64,000 nucleotides of DNA from Candidatus Harrisonbacteria bacterium (GTDB taxonomy: Bacteria > Patescibacteriota > Minisyncoccia > UBA6257 > WO2-44-18): contig JACOXP010000005.1 in assembly GCA_016182295.1 (NCBI GenBank), forward strand, positions 4,926 through 68,925, given 5' to 3'. The notes under the pieces were generated by a model that saw nothing but the letters and a program-made list of their open reading frames with translations, was not told where the DNA came from and searched no databases. Positions 8,566 through 17,904 of the stretch are shown piece by piece (the stretch's first letter is position 1; each line of letters begins with the position of its first letter). Made by a program: the position numbers and the translations under genes.

Positions 8566-8911
8566 AAGCCGGTAGTTCGTAAGCCGGATTCTGTAACCCA
8601 GATTGAACATCGGGGCGACAACCATTTATCTAAGCGGCACACCGGATTTACGGTTCGGCCTTGCACCCGGTAAGGATTTAGCCGTTTCACCTCCGCCTTT
8701 TATCCCCATAGCGGAGTTGGACCTTCTACGTTGGGATCGGGTCCGCCTGATCCTTTCGAATCAAGCCGTCACTGTTCGCACCTCTACATTACTGTCGGCA
8801 GCCACTACAGCTGCTACCGCGCTGCTACCCACGCCAATGGCGGGGCAGGGGTGTCCGGACTTTCCTCCCTTCGAATTTAATCGAAAAGCGATTGTCTGAA
8901 CTACCGGCTTG
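8566..8911 (-). ncRNA. rnpB: RNase P RNA (bacterial type A), rnpB
   Basis: Minus strand contains GGAGGAAAGTCCGGAC (P4 5' strand, revcomp of 8848-8868) and ACAGAATCCGGCTTA (P4 3' strand, revcomp of about 8574-8590). P1 is formed by AAGCCGGTAGTTC (5' end) and GAACTACCGGCTT (3' end). Length about 345 nt. The six-frame ORFs here (8344-8625, 8493-8690, 8603-8899, 8761-8943) are spurious. Confidence 0.8.
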
Positions 8912-8920
8912 TTTACTGTA

Positions 8921-9355
8921 TCACAAATTAGCTTTTTTATCAAGTGCCTGATTTACCAACTTGTCAGCTTCCTTATTTTTCTCTCGCGGAATATGTTTAA
9001 ATTCCACGTTTTTAAAATCCAACTTTAAATTCCAGATCTCCAACCAAAGCGGCTGAAGACCCTCGTCTTCAATTTTGTAGACACCAGTCAATTGCCGCAT
9101 TAAAAGTTCGCTATCCATATAACAGACAACTTCGGTTTGTTTGGCTTTTGCTTTACCGATTAACGCCTTTGCTTTTTTTAAGGCGAAAGCCAATGCTTTA
9201 TACTCGGCGACATTATTGGTTGTTTCGCCGATATATTCGCCATATTTTTTACCGCCAACCACCGCGCCGATAGCCGCCGGTCCGGGATTTCCCCGCGCTC
9301 CCCCGTCCGTATAAATTTCCAATTTTTTATTATCGTTGCCAAAAAGTGTTTTCAT
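8921..9355 (-). CDS. rnhA: Ribonuclease HI
   Basis: 144 aa; IYTDGGARGNPGPAAIGAVV and the EYKALAFAL segment typical of RNase H. Confidence 0.8.
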   Translation of the reverse strand: MKTLFGNDNKKLEIYTDGGARGNPGPAAIGAVVGGKKYGEYIGETTNNVAEYKALAFALKKAKALIGKAKAKQTEVVCYMDSELLMRQLTGVYKIEDEGLQPLWLEIWNLKLDFKNVEFKHIPREKNKEADKLVNQALDKKANL

Positions 9356-9373
9356 TTTATATACACAAGTAGA

Positions 9374-10228
9374 TTAGTTTTTGATTATTTTCCACGGTTT
9401 TGGTTTATTAATAGGAAAAGAAAAGCCCGCTGCCGGTTTATGTCCTCCCCCGCCATAGCGGGCGGCAATTTTGGAAACATCAACTTTGCCGTTAGAGCGT
9501 AGAGAAATCCTAAGCGCGCCGGATTTCTCGCTCCAAACAAGAGCTATTGGAGGTTTTTTCTTGACTAATTCGGCTCCAACCTCCGAATGAAGAACCGGTG
9601 AGTTAACCGCTAATATTTTGCGGCCAGCGAATTTTACCGTTTCCGCGCCCTTCAAAAGCCGTTCGATCATCTCCTTTTCATATCTGAGCAATAAACCACC
9701 CTTCTCAAAATAACTTCGGCGGCGTTTTGAATTTTCCAAATCTCGCGCAATCTTATCAAAATTTTTGAAGTTTAAATCGATCATTTGCACGTAGGCAGTC
9801 AACTCTTTAGTTCCGGGAACTTTAAATTTCCAAAGATCTAAATCCTGGATGTGCCGAGTTAAGCGGGGCACTTTTTTATTCGGATGAAAATATTGCCAAG
9901 CGATCATAGCTCCGGATTTATTTAATTCATAGACGTATTCATGAGCCATCTTCGTTGATTTTTTGGCGGAAACATGATGATCCAGAGCTATCACTTTTTT
10001 ATTTTCCCGGACAATTTTTTGCATCAACGGTTCTTTAAAAGAAAAATCAACGACATATATTTCTTTGCCCTTAAGGCCGGACGGTAAAGAATCCCCGTGC
10101 TTTAATCCGTAGTAATCGGCTTTGTTGCCGAATTTTTTCCAAGCTGCCCAGCCACCCCCCGTCCCGTCCATGCACTCACCGTGATATAAAATAACTATTT
10201 TTTTAGACATGTTTTTTAAGTATTTCAA
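9374..10228 (-). CDS. DHH/DHHA1 phosphoesterase (NrnA-like oligoribonuclease/pAp phosphatase)
   Basis: 284 aa; DHH motif (ALDHHVS) and DHHA1 GGGH..AAG near the C-terminus. Confidence 0.6.
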   Translation of the reverse strand: MKYLKNMSKKIVILYHGECMDGTGGGWAAWKKFGNKADYYGLKHGDSLPSGLKGKEIYVVDFSFKEPLMQKIVRENKKVIALDHHVSAKKSTKMAHEYVYELNKSGAMIAWQYFHPNKKVPRLTRHIQDLDLWKFKVPGTKELTAYVQMIDLNFKNFDKIARDLENSKRRRSYFEKGGLLLRYEKEMIERLLKGAETVKFAGRKILAVNSPVLHSEVGAELVKKKPPIALVWSEKSGALRISLRSNGKVDVSKIAARYGGGGHKPAAGFSFPINKPKPWKIIKN

Positions 10229-11177
10229 CGCCGGGCAATTTTTTACCGGCCAGCATTTCCAGCATCGCGCCTCCTCCGGTTGATAGAAAATCGATTTTCT
10301 TTTCGAGACCGAGGTGTTTAATCAATTGCGTCGTTTCTCCTCCACCGGCCACTGAAAATGCTTTACTGGCGGCAATGATATGCGCGAGAGCGATTGAGCC
10401 GGCGGCATATTTAGGATTTTCAAAATTTCCAATCGGACCGTTCCAAATCACGGTTTTCGCTCTCCGAATAACTTCTTTATACTCTATTATCGTCAATGGG
10501 CCAACGTCATAGGCCCACTTTTTCTCCCCGACCCAATCAATTGGCCGAACTAATTTTGATGATTTTGGAATTTTAGAATTGTTTAAAATACTGCTTCCAA
10601 GAAGAACTTTATTGGTTTTTGGCAGCAGATATTTGATTACGGGCAATTTATCCTCAATTTTACTACCGCCGAAAATCAGCACTAAGGGACGTTTCGGCTT
10701 TTTCATAACTTTAGAAAGCACCCCAATTTCTTTTTTTAAAAGCAAGCCCATTGAAGAAGGAAGCAGTGTGGGAAGCTGGGTAATGGAGGCATTTTTTCTG
10801 TGCGAGACCGCGAAGGCGTCATTTATATACCGGTCGCCAAGACGAGCTAATTTTTTGGCAAATTGCAGATCGTTCTTTTCTTCGCCCGGCCAAAATCTCA
10901 AATTTTCCAAGAGAAAAATCCGGCCGGCCGGCAACTTTTCAGGAATTTTTTTAAGAAAAACAACCTTTTGCCGAAGATGGTGCCGGAGAAACGGCAAAAA
11001 TTCTTTCAGACTCAATTTAGAGTTATTTTTCCCGTCAGGACGCCCGCGGTGGCTTAAAATTACTACTTTTGCCCCCCCTTTGCGCAATAATTGTTCAATA
11101 GTCGGTAAAGAGGCTTCCAAACGGAGCGCGTCTTTAGCGCTTTCAACATTAAAATCAACTCTCACGAGATAAGTCAT
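10203..11177 (-). CDS. pgk: Phosphoglycerate kinase (compact form)
   Basis: 324 aa; VRVDFNV...KVVILSHRGRP at the N-terminus and GGGETTQ...STGGGAMLEMLAGKKLPGV at the C-terminus. Confidence 0.8.
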   Translation of the reverse strand: MTYLVRVDFNVESAKDALRLEASLPTIEQLLRKGGAKVVILSHRGRPDGKNNSKLSLKEFLPFLRHHLRQKVVFLKKIPEKLPAGRIFLLENLRFWPGEEKNDLQFAKKLARLGDRYINDAFAVSHRKNASITQLPTLLPSSMGLLLKKEIGVLSKVMKKPKRPLVLIFGGSKIEDKLPVIKYLLPKTNKVLLGSSILNNSKIPKSSKLVRPIDWVGEKKWAYDVGPLTIIEYKEVIRRAKTVIWNGPIGNFENPKYAAGSIALAHIIAASKAFSVAGGGETTQLIKHLGLEKKIDFLSTGGGAMLEMLAGKKLPGVEILKKHV

Positions 11178-11212
11178 TTCAATAATTATAGCATTTAGTT
11201 AAAATTAGGATA

Positions 11213-12475
11213 ATGCCGGAAAAACAACATATTGTGATTTTGGGAGCCGGGTTCGGGGGTTTAAGGGCCGCTCTTTCTCTTTCTAAAAAAATCCGCAAAG
11301 GTAAACTCAACGCGGAAATTTCCTTAATAGATCGCAATGCTTACCATACTTACACCCCCACTTTATATGAAGCGGCAACCACCTCGAAAGAAACCGCTAA
11401 TTATCTACAAATTAAAGAAATTGTAACTTTTCCAATCGAGGAAATTATCAAAAAAACGGGAATTAATTTTATCGAAGACGAAGTGGAGAAACTTGATCTG
11501 GTCGGCGGCGACATTCATTGCGCCGGAGGCCGCAAATTAAATTTTGATTATTTAGTCCTCGCCTTAGGTTCGGAGCCGCATCATTTTGGAATCCAAGGTT
11601 TGCGGGAACACGCCTTGAATCTAAAAACTTTTTTAGACGCTATCAAAATTCGGGATCGAATTTGGGAATTGGCCGAGAGCGGTCAGCAAACTTTTCGGAT
11701 TATCGTCGGAGGCGGCGGTTCCACCGGGGTGGAACTTGCCGGAGAAATTCAGGGCTGGCTTTGCGAATTAAAAGAAGAATTCCATGAATGCGCGACTAAA
11801 GTTACGATCGTTGAGGCGGCGCCGACGATTCTTGCCGGATTTCCGGAAAAAATTGTTGAAGCGGCCCGCAAAAGAATCGGTGATTTAGGAGTGGAAGTTT
11901 TAGTCAGCGAAGCTATCGCCAAAGCCGACGCCGAAAAAATTACGCTCCAAAGCGGCAGAGAAATGCGTTATGACATTCTTGTTTGGACCGGTGGTGTTAA
12001 GGCCTCAAGTTTAATGGGCTCTCTGCCTTTGAAAATGGAAAAACGAGGACGCGTTGAGGTAGTTAGCGCAATGGAATGCTTGCCGCAAAGTCCCGACCTG
12101 AAACTTTATGGGAAAATTTACGGAATTGGCGACGCTGTTTGTTTTTATGATCCGGCAAGCGGCAAACCAATTCCCGGAGTCGCCAGAGCGGCCATTTCCC
12201 AGGCCGATATTGTAGTTAATAATATCGTCAACGATCTTAAAGGCGGCAAAAAGCATAGGCAATATAAACCGTTTGCTTACCCCTACATAATTCCGATTGG
12301 GGGGAAATGGGCAATAGCCAAAATAGGACCCCTGATTATTTCCGGATTTTTGGGCTGGATTTTAAAAGGACTGGTTGAAATCAATTATCTTTTATCAATT
12401 ATGCCGCTTGGTAAAGCGCTGCGAATATGGCTTAAGGGTCTTAGAATTTTTATTCAAAACGATCGTTTGGGTTAA
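11213..12475 (+). CDS. FAD-dependent pyridine nucleotide-disulfide oxidoreductase (type II NADH dehydrogenase-like)
   Basis: 420 aa; HIVILGAGFGGL dinucleotide-binding motif and a second GGGSTGVE Rossmann motif. Confidence 0.7.
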   Translation: MPEKQHIVILGAGFGGLRAALSLSKKIRKGKLNAEISLIDRNAYHTYTPTLYEAATTSKETANYLQIKEIVTFPIEEIIKKTGINFIEDEVEKLDLVGGDIHCAGGRKLNFDYLVLALGSEPHHFGIQGLREHALNLKTFLDAIKIRDRIWELAESGQQTFRIIVGGGGSTGVELAGEIQGWLCELKEEFHECATKVTIVEAAPTILAGFPEKIVEAARKRIGDLGVEVLVSEAIAKADAEKITLQSGREMRYDILVWTGGVKASSLMGSLPLKMEKRGRVEVVSAMECLPQSPDLKLYGKIYGIGDAVCFYDPASGKPIPGVARAAISQADIVVNNIVNDLKGGKKHRQYKPFAYPYIIPIGGKWAIAKIGPLIISGFLGWILKGLVEINYLLSIMPLGKALRIWLKGLRIFIQNDRLG

Positions 12476-12569
12476 TTTTGTTCGATAATAATCGGCGATT
12501 TTTTTACTTCGCCTCGGATTAAATAACCTAGTCCAAAGGCAAGCGTCGTAATAAGCGTGATCAAAATAA

Positions 12570-12598
12570 TTGACTTTAAATTATTCATAGCGTAATAT
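12570..12598 (+). promoter_or_regulatory. Sigma70-like promoter TTGACT-N17-TAATAT upstream of rpmA
   Basis: -35 at 12570-12575, -10 at 12593-12598, ATG at 12612. Confidence 0.45.
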
Positions 12599-12611
12599 AT
12601 AACACAATACT

Positions 12612-12884
12612 ATGGCGCATACAAAAAGCGGCGGGTCTACAGACCTGGGCCGCGATTCAAGATCAAAACGACTTGGCATTAAGATTAACGACGGAGAAGC
12701 CGCTAAAACCGGCGAAATTATTATCCGCCAAAGAGGTACTCATTATATTCCGGGTCAAAATGTCGCCCGCGCCGGCGATGACACGCTTTACGCGATGAAG
12801 TCCGGCGTTGTTAAATTTGTTTCCGGAAAAAAGGCCCGTTTTGACGGATCTCGGCGTTTTATAAAGATCGTAAAAGTACTTTAG
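12612..12884 (+). CDS. rpmA: 50S ribosomal protein L27
   Basis: [24 protein letters not shown]... canonical L27 N-terminus. Confidence 0.9.
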   Translation: MAHTKSGGSTDLGRDSRSKRLGIKINDGEAAKTGEIIIRQRGTHYIPGQNVARAGDDTLYAMKSGVVKFVSGKKARFDGSRRFIKIVKVL

Positions 12885-13284
12885 CTTTTCCCCTTATCCC
12901 CCTTCCGAATTTTACGGCGATTACGTGTTCTCCCAAAGAACGAAGCGGATGTTTGAGATCCGCTTCCGCGTTTTCATAGCCCCTTTCCGCGAGGGCTTTT
13001 TCGATTTCTCCGGCGCCGACTGATCCGAAAACCTCGCCTTTTTTGCCGGTTTTGACGAAAAATTCGAAGACCTCGATTTTTAAAGCGTCAACGCGGTTTT
13101 TATAACTATCAAAGGTTTCCGCTTCCTTTTTATCAAAATTTTCTTTGATCGCCAATGCTTTTTGATCTGCCGGGATCGCTTTTTTTCCGGGAAATAAAAA
13201 ATTCCTGGCGTAACCGTCGCTCACGTTTTTTATTTCCATTTTTCTTCCCAAACCGCGAACGTCTTGAAGAAGAAGCACCCGCAT
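12859..13284 (-). CDS. rplI: 50S ribosomal protein L9
   Basis: [32 protein letters not shown] canonical L9. Confidence 0.85.
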   Translation of the reverse strand: MRVLLLQDVRGLGRKMEIKNVSDGYARNFLFPGKKAIPADQKALAIKENFDKKEAETFDSYKNRVDALKIEVFEFFVKTGKKGEVFGSVGAGEIEKALAERGYENAEADLKHPLRSLGEHVIAVKFGRGIRGKAKVLLRSL

Positions 13285-14516
13285 TATTGATTTGAAGCCA
13301 CGACTTCTTCTTTTAATACCTCGAAAGCTTTAGAAAGTTGGGTATCGTTGCCGGCCGTAATATCTTCTTCGGTTAATTTAATTTCAAAATCAGGAGTAAG
13401 GCCATCTTTTTCAATTTCGTGGCCAGCGGGAGTAACCCACTTGGCAATGGTTATTTTCAAACTGGAATTATCTTTCAGTTTTTCCAGAGTTTGTACCGTG
13501 CCTTTTCCGAAGGTTTGTTCACCGATAAGTTTAATGCCGCGGACATCCCTCAAAGCGCCGGCCAAAATTTCTGAAGCGGAAGCCGATCCCCCGTTAACTA
13601 AAATCACAGTTGGAAAGTCCTTTAGAGCGGCGTTGCCGCGGGCGTAAAAATCTGTTTTCGGCCGGTCTCGGAAAACCTCGCTGACCACCAAACTTTCTTT
13701 AGGCAAGAACAGACCGGCCAGGTCAACGGCGATTTCCAGAAAGCCGCCGGGATTATTGCGCAGATCTAGCACTATGCCGTCAACTCCTTTGGCCAACCCC
13801 TCCACCAACGCTTTTTGAAATTGAGAAGGGGCATTCTCGTTAAATGAATAAAGCCTAATATGGAGAAGATTGTCTTTAATATCCCAATCAGCGGTTGGTA
13901 CACGAATTTCATCGCGAATAATAGTAATGTCTTTAGTGGTTTCCCAACCGACCCGCAGAATAGTTAAAGTCACCGCCGTGCCGATCTCTCCACGAATTTT
14001 TTTAACAGCCTCGTTAATGTCCAGACCGTCCGTTGATTCATCGTCCACTTTTAGAATGAAATCTTTCGGCAATAAACCGGCTTTTTCCGCCGGGGATTCT
14101 TTAAGCGGAGCAATAACCATTAATTGATCGTCGCGAATTCCGATTTCCGCTCCGATGCCACCAAAGCGGCCAGTTACGTCTTCCTCGAATTTTTTGGCGT
14201 CAGGCGGAGGAAAAAATACCGTGTGCGGATCGTTAAAAGAATCAGCCAGACCGGCGACGGCGCCGTAAACCAAATTCTGCTCGGTTATTTCATCGCCGTT
14301 AATGTGCTGGCTGATTAGCTTTTCCCAGGCCTGCCAAAAAACTCCAAAATCGGCCCGAATATCCGGATCATCGAGATTTGTAATACCCTTGACGGTAATC
14401 ACTTTTGGGTCCTGTTGACCAAAGCGAAAACCAACGTAAAACGACCCGCCAGTCGCTAAAACCGCGACTACTATTCCAATTACAAGAATCTTCACAAAAC
14501 CTAATTTATTCATCAA
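13284..14516 (-). CDS. ctpA: Carboxyl-terminal processing protease (S41 family) with PDZ domain
   Basis: 410 aa; N-terminal TM helix, PDZ region, [14 protein letters not shown] catalytic Ser motif. Confidence 0.85.
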   Translation of the reverse strand: MMNKLGFVKILVIGIVVAVLATGGSFYVGFRFGQQDPKVITVKGITNLDDPDIRADFGVFWQAWEKLISQHINGDEITEQNLVYGAVAGLADSFNDPHTVFFPPPDAKKFEEDVTGRFGGIGAEIGIRDDQLMVIAPLKESPAEKAGLLPKDFILKVDDESTDGLDINEAVKKIRGEIGTAVTLTILRVGWETTKDITIIRDEIRVPTADWDIKDNLLHIRLYSFNENAPSQFQKALVEGLAKGVDGIVLDLRNNPGGFLEIAVDLAGLFLPKESLVVSEVFRDRPKTDFYARGNAALKDFPTVILVNGGSASASEILAGALRDVRGIKLIGEQTFGKGTVQTLEKLKDNSSLKITIAKWVTPAGHEIEKDGLTPDFEIKLTEEDITAGNDTQLSKAFEVLKEEVVASNQ

Positions 14517-14527
14517 GGTATATCTAT

Positions 14528-15091
14528 TTATTTAACAAAATCCGCGGAAGAAAGTAAAGAATATTCGGCGCCGGGACGCTGCAGCCTGGATTCCATAAGG
14601 TCTAATGATACTGCCCAGAAAGCTTTCTCAAATTTTCTTTCAATGGTCGGCAAACTGTCCAGCGATCCGGATTGAAAACGCGCCAGAGTTAAATGGGCGT
14701 TGAAACGGCGATATTCTTGTCGAAAATTAACCCCTTTTTTCTTTAAAATATTTTCCAAACTTAATTTTATTTTTCCTAACCGATCCGATGTTTCTGGATC
14801 GGAAGCCAGCCAAATCATTCTTGGGGATTTTCCCACCGGACCGTAGATGATTTTTTCAAAGCGAATTTCCGGCGCTTCCAGCTCAGATGTCACTTCTTCG
14901 ATCGCCTCGCTTATCATATTTACGTTGTTATCGTCTTGATAGGCTAAAAAAGAAATAGTCAGATGCCAATTATAAGGAGAAACAAAACGCACGCCGTATT
15001 CAAATAACGGTTTTAGCTCCTCGACTGATTTGATGAGAGCCGTTTTAATTTCTTTCGGTAGATTAATGGCCACAAAAACTCTTTTTCGCAT
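14528..15091 (-). CDS. thpR: RNA 2',3'-cyclic phosphodiesterase (2H family, ThpR/LigT)
   Basis: 187 aa with two H-x-T-x motifs (WHLTISF and AHLTLARF). Confidence 0.75.
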   Translation of the reverse strand: MRKRVFVAINLPKEIKTALIKSVEELKPLFEYGVRFVSPYNWHLTISFLAYQDDNNVNMISEAIEEVTSELEAPEIRFEKIIYGPVGKSPRMIWLASDPETSDRLGKIKLSLENILKKKGVNFRQEYRRFNAHLTLARFQSGSLDSLPTIERKFEKAFWAVSLDLMESRLQRPGAEYSLLSSADFVK

Positions 15092-15109
15092 CGATGTTAT
15101 AATACTAAC

Positions 15110-15391
15110 ATGCGTTCAATTGGTGAAAATCGCGGGGAATATCTCGAAGAGCTTAAACGTCGTTCCGAAGAGGCCAGGGTTTCTAAATCATATCAACTAA
15201 TTGGTTTGGAGGTTGCCAAGCTTCTTGGGGACTGGAAACACAAAGCCCTTTATATTAAGCTTGCCAAACAGTACGGGGAGGGGCGTCTAATGGAGGTTGC
15301 CAAACGGGTGGCGGAGCGCGACGAAGTTAAAAACAAAGGCGCTTATTTTATGAAGGTCTTTCATGTCGAAAATAGTAACTACAGCAAATAA
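15110..15391 (+). CDS. Hypothetical protein
   Basis: 93 aa, charged, no recognisable motif; overlaps the def start. Confidence 0.3.
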   Translation: MRSIGENRGEYLEELKRRSEEARVSKSYQLIGLEVAKLLGDWKHKALYIKLAKQYGEGRLMEVAKRVAERDEVKNKGAYFMKVFHVENSNYSK

Positions 15392-15845
15392 AAAAGACGA
15401 AAAGTTTCTCAGGCGGCCAACCGCTTCTTTTGATTTTTCCAAGCATAAAAAATCCGAAATTCGGCAATTAATAAAAGACATGCGGACCACGATGCAAAAA
15501 GCTGACGGTATTGGTTTAAGCGCCAATCAGATCGGTTTAAACACAAAAATCTTCGTGGCAAAAGTTGAAAATAAATTCTACACTCTGTTTAATCCGGAAT
15601 TCATCCAAATTTCCAAAGAAACGTCGGATATAGATGAGGGTTGTCTCAGTATCCCGGGAGTTTTTGGCATGGTGGAAAGACCGGCGAAAGTCACCATTAA
15701 GGGTTTAGACGCGAACGGAAAGACGGTGAAAATCAAGGCCTGGGGCCTTCTAGCGCGGGTTTTTCAGCATGAAATGGATCACCTTAACGGGAGGTTATTT
15801 ATTGATAGAGCGAAAACTGTGCAGAAATTAGAATCTAGGAACTAA
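15363..15845 (+). CDS. def: Peptide deformylase
   Basis: GIGLSANQIG, EGCLSIPG and HEMDHLNG motifs. Confidence 0.9.
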   Translation: MSKIVTTANKKDEKFLRRPTASFDFSKHKKSEIRQLIKDMRTTMQKADGIGLSANQIGLNTKIFVAKVENKFYTLFNPEFIQISKETSDIDEGCLSIPGVFGMVERPAKVTIKGLDANGKTVKIKAWGLLARVFQHEMDHLNGRLFIDRAKTVQKLESRN

Positions 15846-15857
15846 TATCTAGAAGAC

Positions 15858-16682
15858 ATGAAATATGTATTTTTTGGTACGCCGGAATTTGCGGCGATAA
15901 TTCTTGAAAAATTAATTAAAGCCGGTATGCCGCCGGCAGTTGTTGTTTGTAATCCAGATCGTCCTGTTGGCAGGGAAAAGATACTCACCCCCCCGCCAGC
16001 CAAATTTTCCGCCGAAAAATATAATATACCAATTCTCCAACCAGAAGTTTTAGATTCTAGATTCCAGCTTCTAGATTCTAGCTTCGATTTCTTCGTGGTA
16101 GCGGCTTATGCCAAAATTCTGCCGAAAGAAATTATTGAACTTCCCCGTCTCGGGACAATGGGCGTTCATCCTTCGCTTCTTCCTAAATATCGAGGCGCAA
16201 CGCCGATTCAGAGCGCGATTCTGGCTGGTGAGAAAGAAACCGGCACGACGATCTTCTTACTTGACGAAAAAGTGGATCATGGACCTATGTTGGTCACTGG
16301 CCAATTGGATATAACCACTAGTGATAATTATGAAACTCTATTAAAAAAACTTGCGGAACTGAGCGGCGACTTACTTATTAAAACGCTGCCGCAATTTATT
16401 GCCGGAAAAATGAAACCGATTCCGCAAGATGAAACCAAAGCGACGTATACGAAGAAATTTACAACTGAAGACGCCAAAGTGGATTTAGAAAAAGATGATC
16501 CGGAAATGATTTTACGAAAAATTCGAGCGTTGAATCCGGAACCCGGAGTTTTTGCCCTGAGCCAGTCAAAGGGTGGACTAAAAAGAACCAAAATTTTAGA
16601 CGCGGATTTAAAAGACGGTAAAATCCATCCAACAAAAATCCAAATTGCTGGCAAAAAACCTACTTTAAACCGTATTCTTTGA
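15858..16682 (+). CDS. fmt: Methionyl-tRNA formyltransferase
   Basis: MKYVFFGTPEFA.., HPSLLPKYRGATPIQ; follows def as in most bacteria. Confidence 0.9.
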   Translation: MKYVFFGTPEFAAIILEKLIKAGMPPAVVVCNPDRPVGREKILTPPPAKFSAEKYNIPILQPEVLDSRFQLLDSSFDFFVVAAYAKILPKEIIELPRLGTMGVHPSLLPKYRGATPIQSAILAGEKETGTTIFLLDEKVDHGPMLVTGQLDITTSDNYETLLKKLAELSGDLLIKTLPQFIAGKMKPIPQDETKATYTKKFTTEDAKVDLEKDDPEMILRKIRALNPEPGVFALSQSKGGLKRTKILDADLKDGKIHPTKIQIAGKKPTLNRIL

Positions 16683-17253
16683 TGATTTTATTAGCGAAGT
16701 CCCAGTTGAGGTTTTTAAAAAAGGAATTGATGTAATCTTTGCGATTTACTCCGTAATCCATAAAATAAGCGTGCTCGTAAACATCAAGCACGACTAAAGG
16801 AATCGCTCCCCAAACGGCGCCAACATTATGAGCATCCGCGCCATAGTTATGGAGTTTTTTGTCTTTGTAATCGTAGGCAAGCACCCCCCAGCCGCGAGCG
16901 GCAATGCCGGTAGCGATCATGTCAACCTTCCAGACGTCTAAAGAACCGAAGTCCCGCTCAATCATTTTAACCAAGTCCCCTTTTGGCTTTCCATCGCCGC
17001 CGAGATGGCCAAAATAAACTTCGTGGAGCTTCATTCCATTGACGGCAAAAGTTTCCTGGCGTTTCAACTCGCCGATGTAGCTAAACACGCCGTTGGCTTC
17101 CGATTTGTCGGCGGTTTCGAGTTTTAATTGGATTTCGTTAGTCTTTTTAACGTAGCCCTCGTAAAGTTTTACGTGCTCCGCGAGCATTTTAGCGCTCATT
17201 CCATCGAGCCCTTTTTCAAAATTAAACTTTTCCGGAGCGAAATCCTTCCTCAT
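16660..17253 (-). CDS. sodA: Fe/Mn superoxide dismutase
   Basis: 197 aa; the C-terminal ...YEHAYFMDYGVNRKDYINSFFKNLNWDFANK matches the Fe/Mn SOD signature. Confidence 0.85.
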   Translation of the reverse strand: MRKDFAPEKFNFEKGLDGMSAKMLAEHVKLYEGYVKKTNEIQLKLETADKSEANGVFSYIGELKRQETFAVNGMKLHEVYFGHLGGDGKPKGDLVKMIERDFGSLDVWKVDMIATGIAARGWGVLAYDYKDKKLHNYGADAHNVGAVWGAIPLVVLDVYEHAYFMDYGVNRKDYINSFFKNLNWDFANKIIKEYGLK

Positions 17254-17259
17254 TTACAT

Positions 17260-17727
17260 TTACTTGCTGGTATAAGTGAGAACTATTTGCTGGCCGTCTG
17301 ACAAAATTAGCTCTCCTATTTCCGAATAAGGAATGTCGTTGACCGTCAGGATTAAATTGTATCCTTCCTTCTCAATGGGGTTATTCCAAGCTGTAAAAAA
17401 GTCTTTCAAGCGAAAGATTTTGCCTGATTCAGTGGACTCAACATGAATTGTGCCGGTTGTATCATGAGTATGAATTTCCGCCATACAGCCGGTTACAACG
17501 CCAACATTGGAATGGATGGTTTCCTCAATGCCGTCCACTAAAACGGTTATATGCGGATGAAAGTGTTGACTGAGATTAGCGTGGCCGTTGAGACAGGCAA
17601 TGCCAGTGTCTTTTAAGCTTGCGAGATAGGGAGCGTTTGGATTATTAATTCGCGGCAAAAGGAAAAGCCCGCCAAGCACAACCGCCAGGCCGACAGCAAC
17701 TAAAACTTGAGTTCGTTTGCCAGACAT
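17260..17727 (-). CDS. His-rich secreted hypothetical protein
   Basis: 155 aa; signal/TM segment; multiple His clusters (HFHPH, HTHDTTGTIH). Immediately upstream of and co-directional with sodA. Confidence 0.35.
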   Translation of the reverse strand: MSGKRTQVLVAVGLAVVLGGLFLLPRINNPNAPYLASLKDTGIACLNGHANLSQHFHPHITVLVDGIEETIHSNVGVVTGCMAEIHTHDTTGTIHVESTESGKIFRLKDFFTAWNNPIEKEGYNLILTVNDIPYSEIGELILSDGQQIVLTYTSK

Positions 17728-17765
17728 ATGATTTTTAGTATAATATATTCAGACAAAAACATCAA

Positions 17766-17836
17766 TCCGGGATCGTCTAATGGTAGGACGTCTCCCTTTG
17801 GAGGAGAAAATCGGGGTTCGAATCCCTGTCCCGGAA
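17766..17836 (+). tRNA. tRNA-Gln (anticodon TTG)
   Basis: Acceptor tccggga/tcccgga, D-stem gtct/ggac, anticodon stem tctcc/ggaga with loop ctTTGga, T-arm cgggg-ttcgaat-ccctg, discriminator a; no encoded CCA. Confidence 0.85.
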
Positions 17837-17879
17837 CATCGAATAAATTGGTATCCTTGAAACAGAAAGGGATTCCTCC

Positions 17880-17895
17880 TCCCTGTCCCGGAACA
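17880..17895 (+). repeat. Direct repeat of the last 16 nt of tRNA-Gln(TTG) (tccctgtcccggaaca), 43 nt downstream of the tRNA
   Basis: Exact 16-nt copy of 17821-17836. The preceding 10 nt also resemble the T-loop region. Confidence 0.6.
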
Positions 17896-17904
17896 AAATA
17901 TAAA

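Noticed and set aside
15820-16090. Short TCTAGA-rich repeats (ttctagattctag) at 15825-15850, 16053-16088 and 46896-46925
   Set aside because: Matches are only about 13 nt. That is within chance expectation for a 64-kb window on two strands. The copy inside fmt simply encodes LDSRFQLLDSS in frame. Treated as low-complexity coincidence.
3923-17895. A 13.9-kb integrative element bounded by the tRNA-Gln-derived repeats at 3923-4353 and 17766-17895
   Set aside because: The interval is full of essential single-copy housekeeping genes (rnpB, pgk, rpmA, rplI, def, fmt, ctpA). It has no integrase or mobility genes and normal composition. The repeats are better explained as local events at each tRNA-Gln locus.
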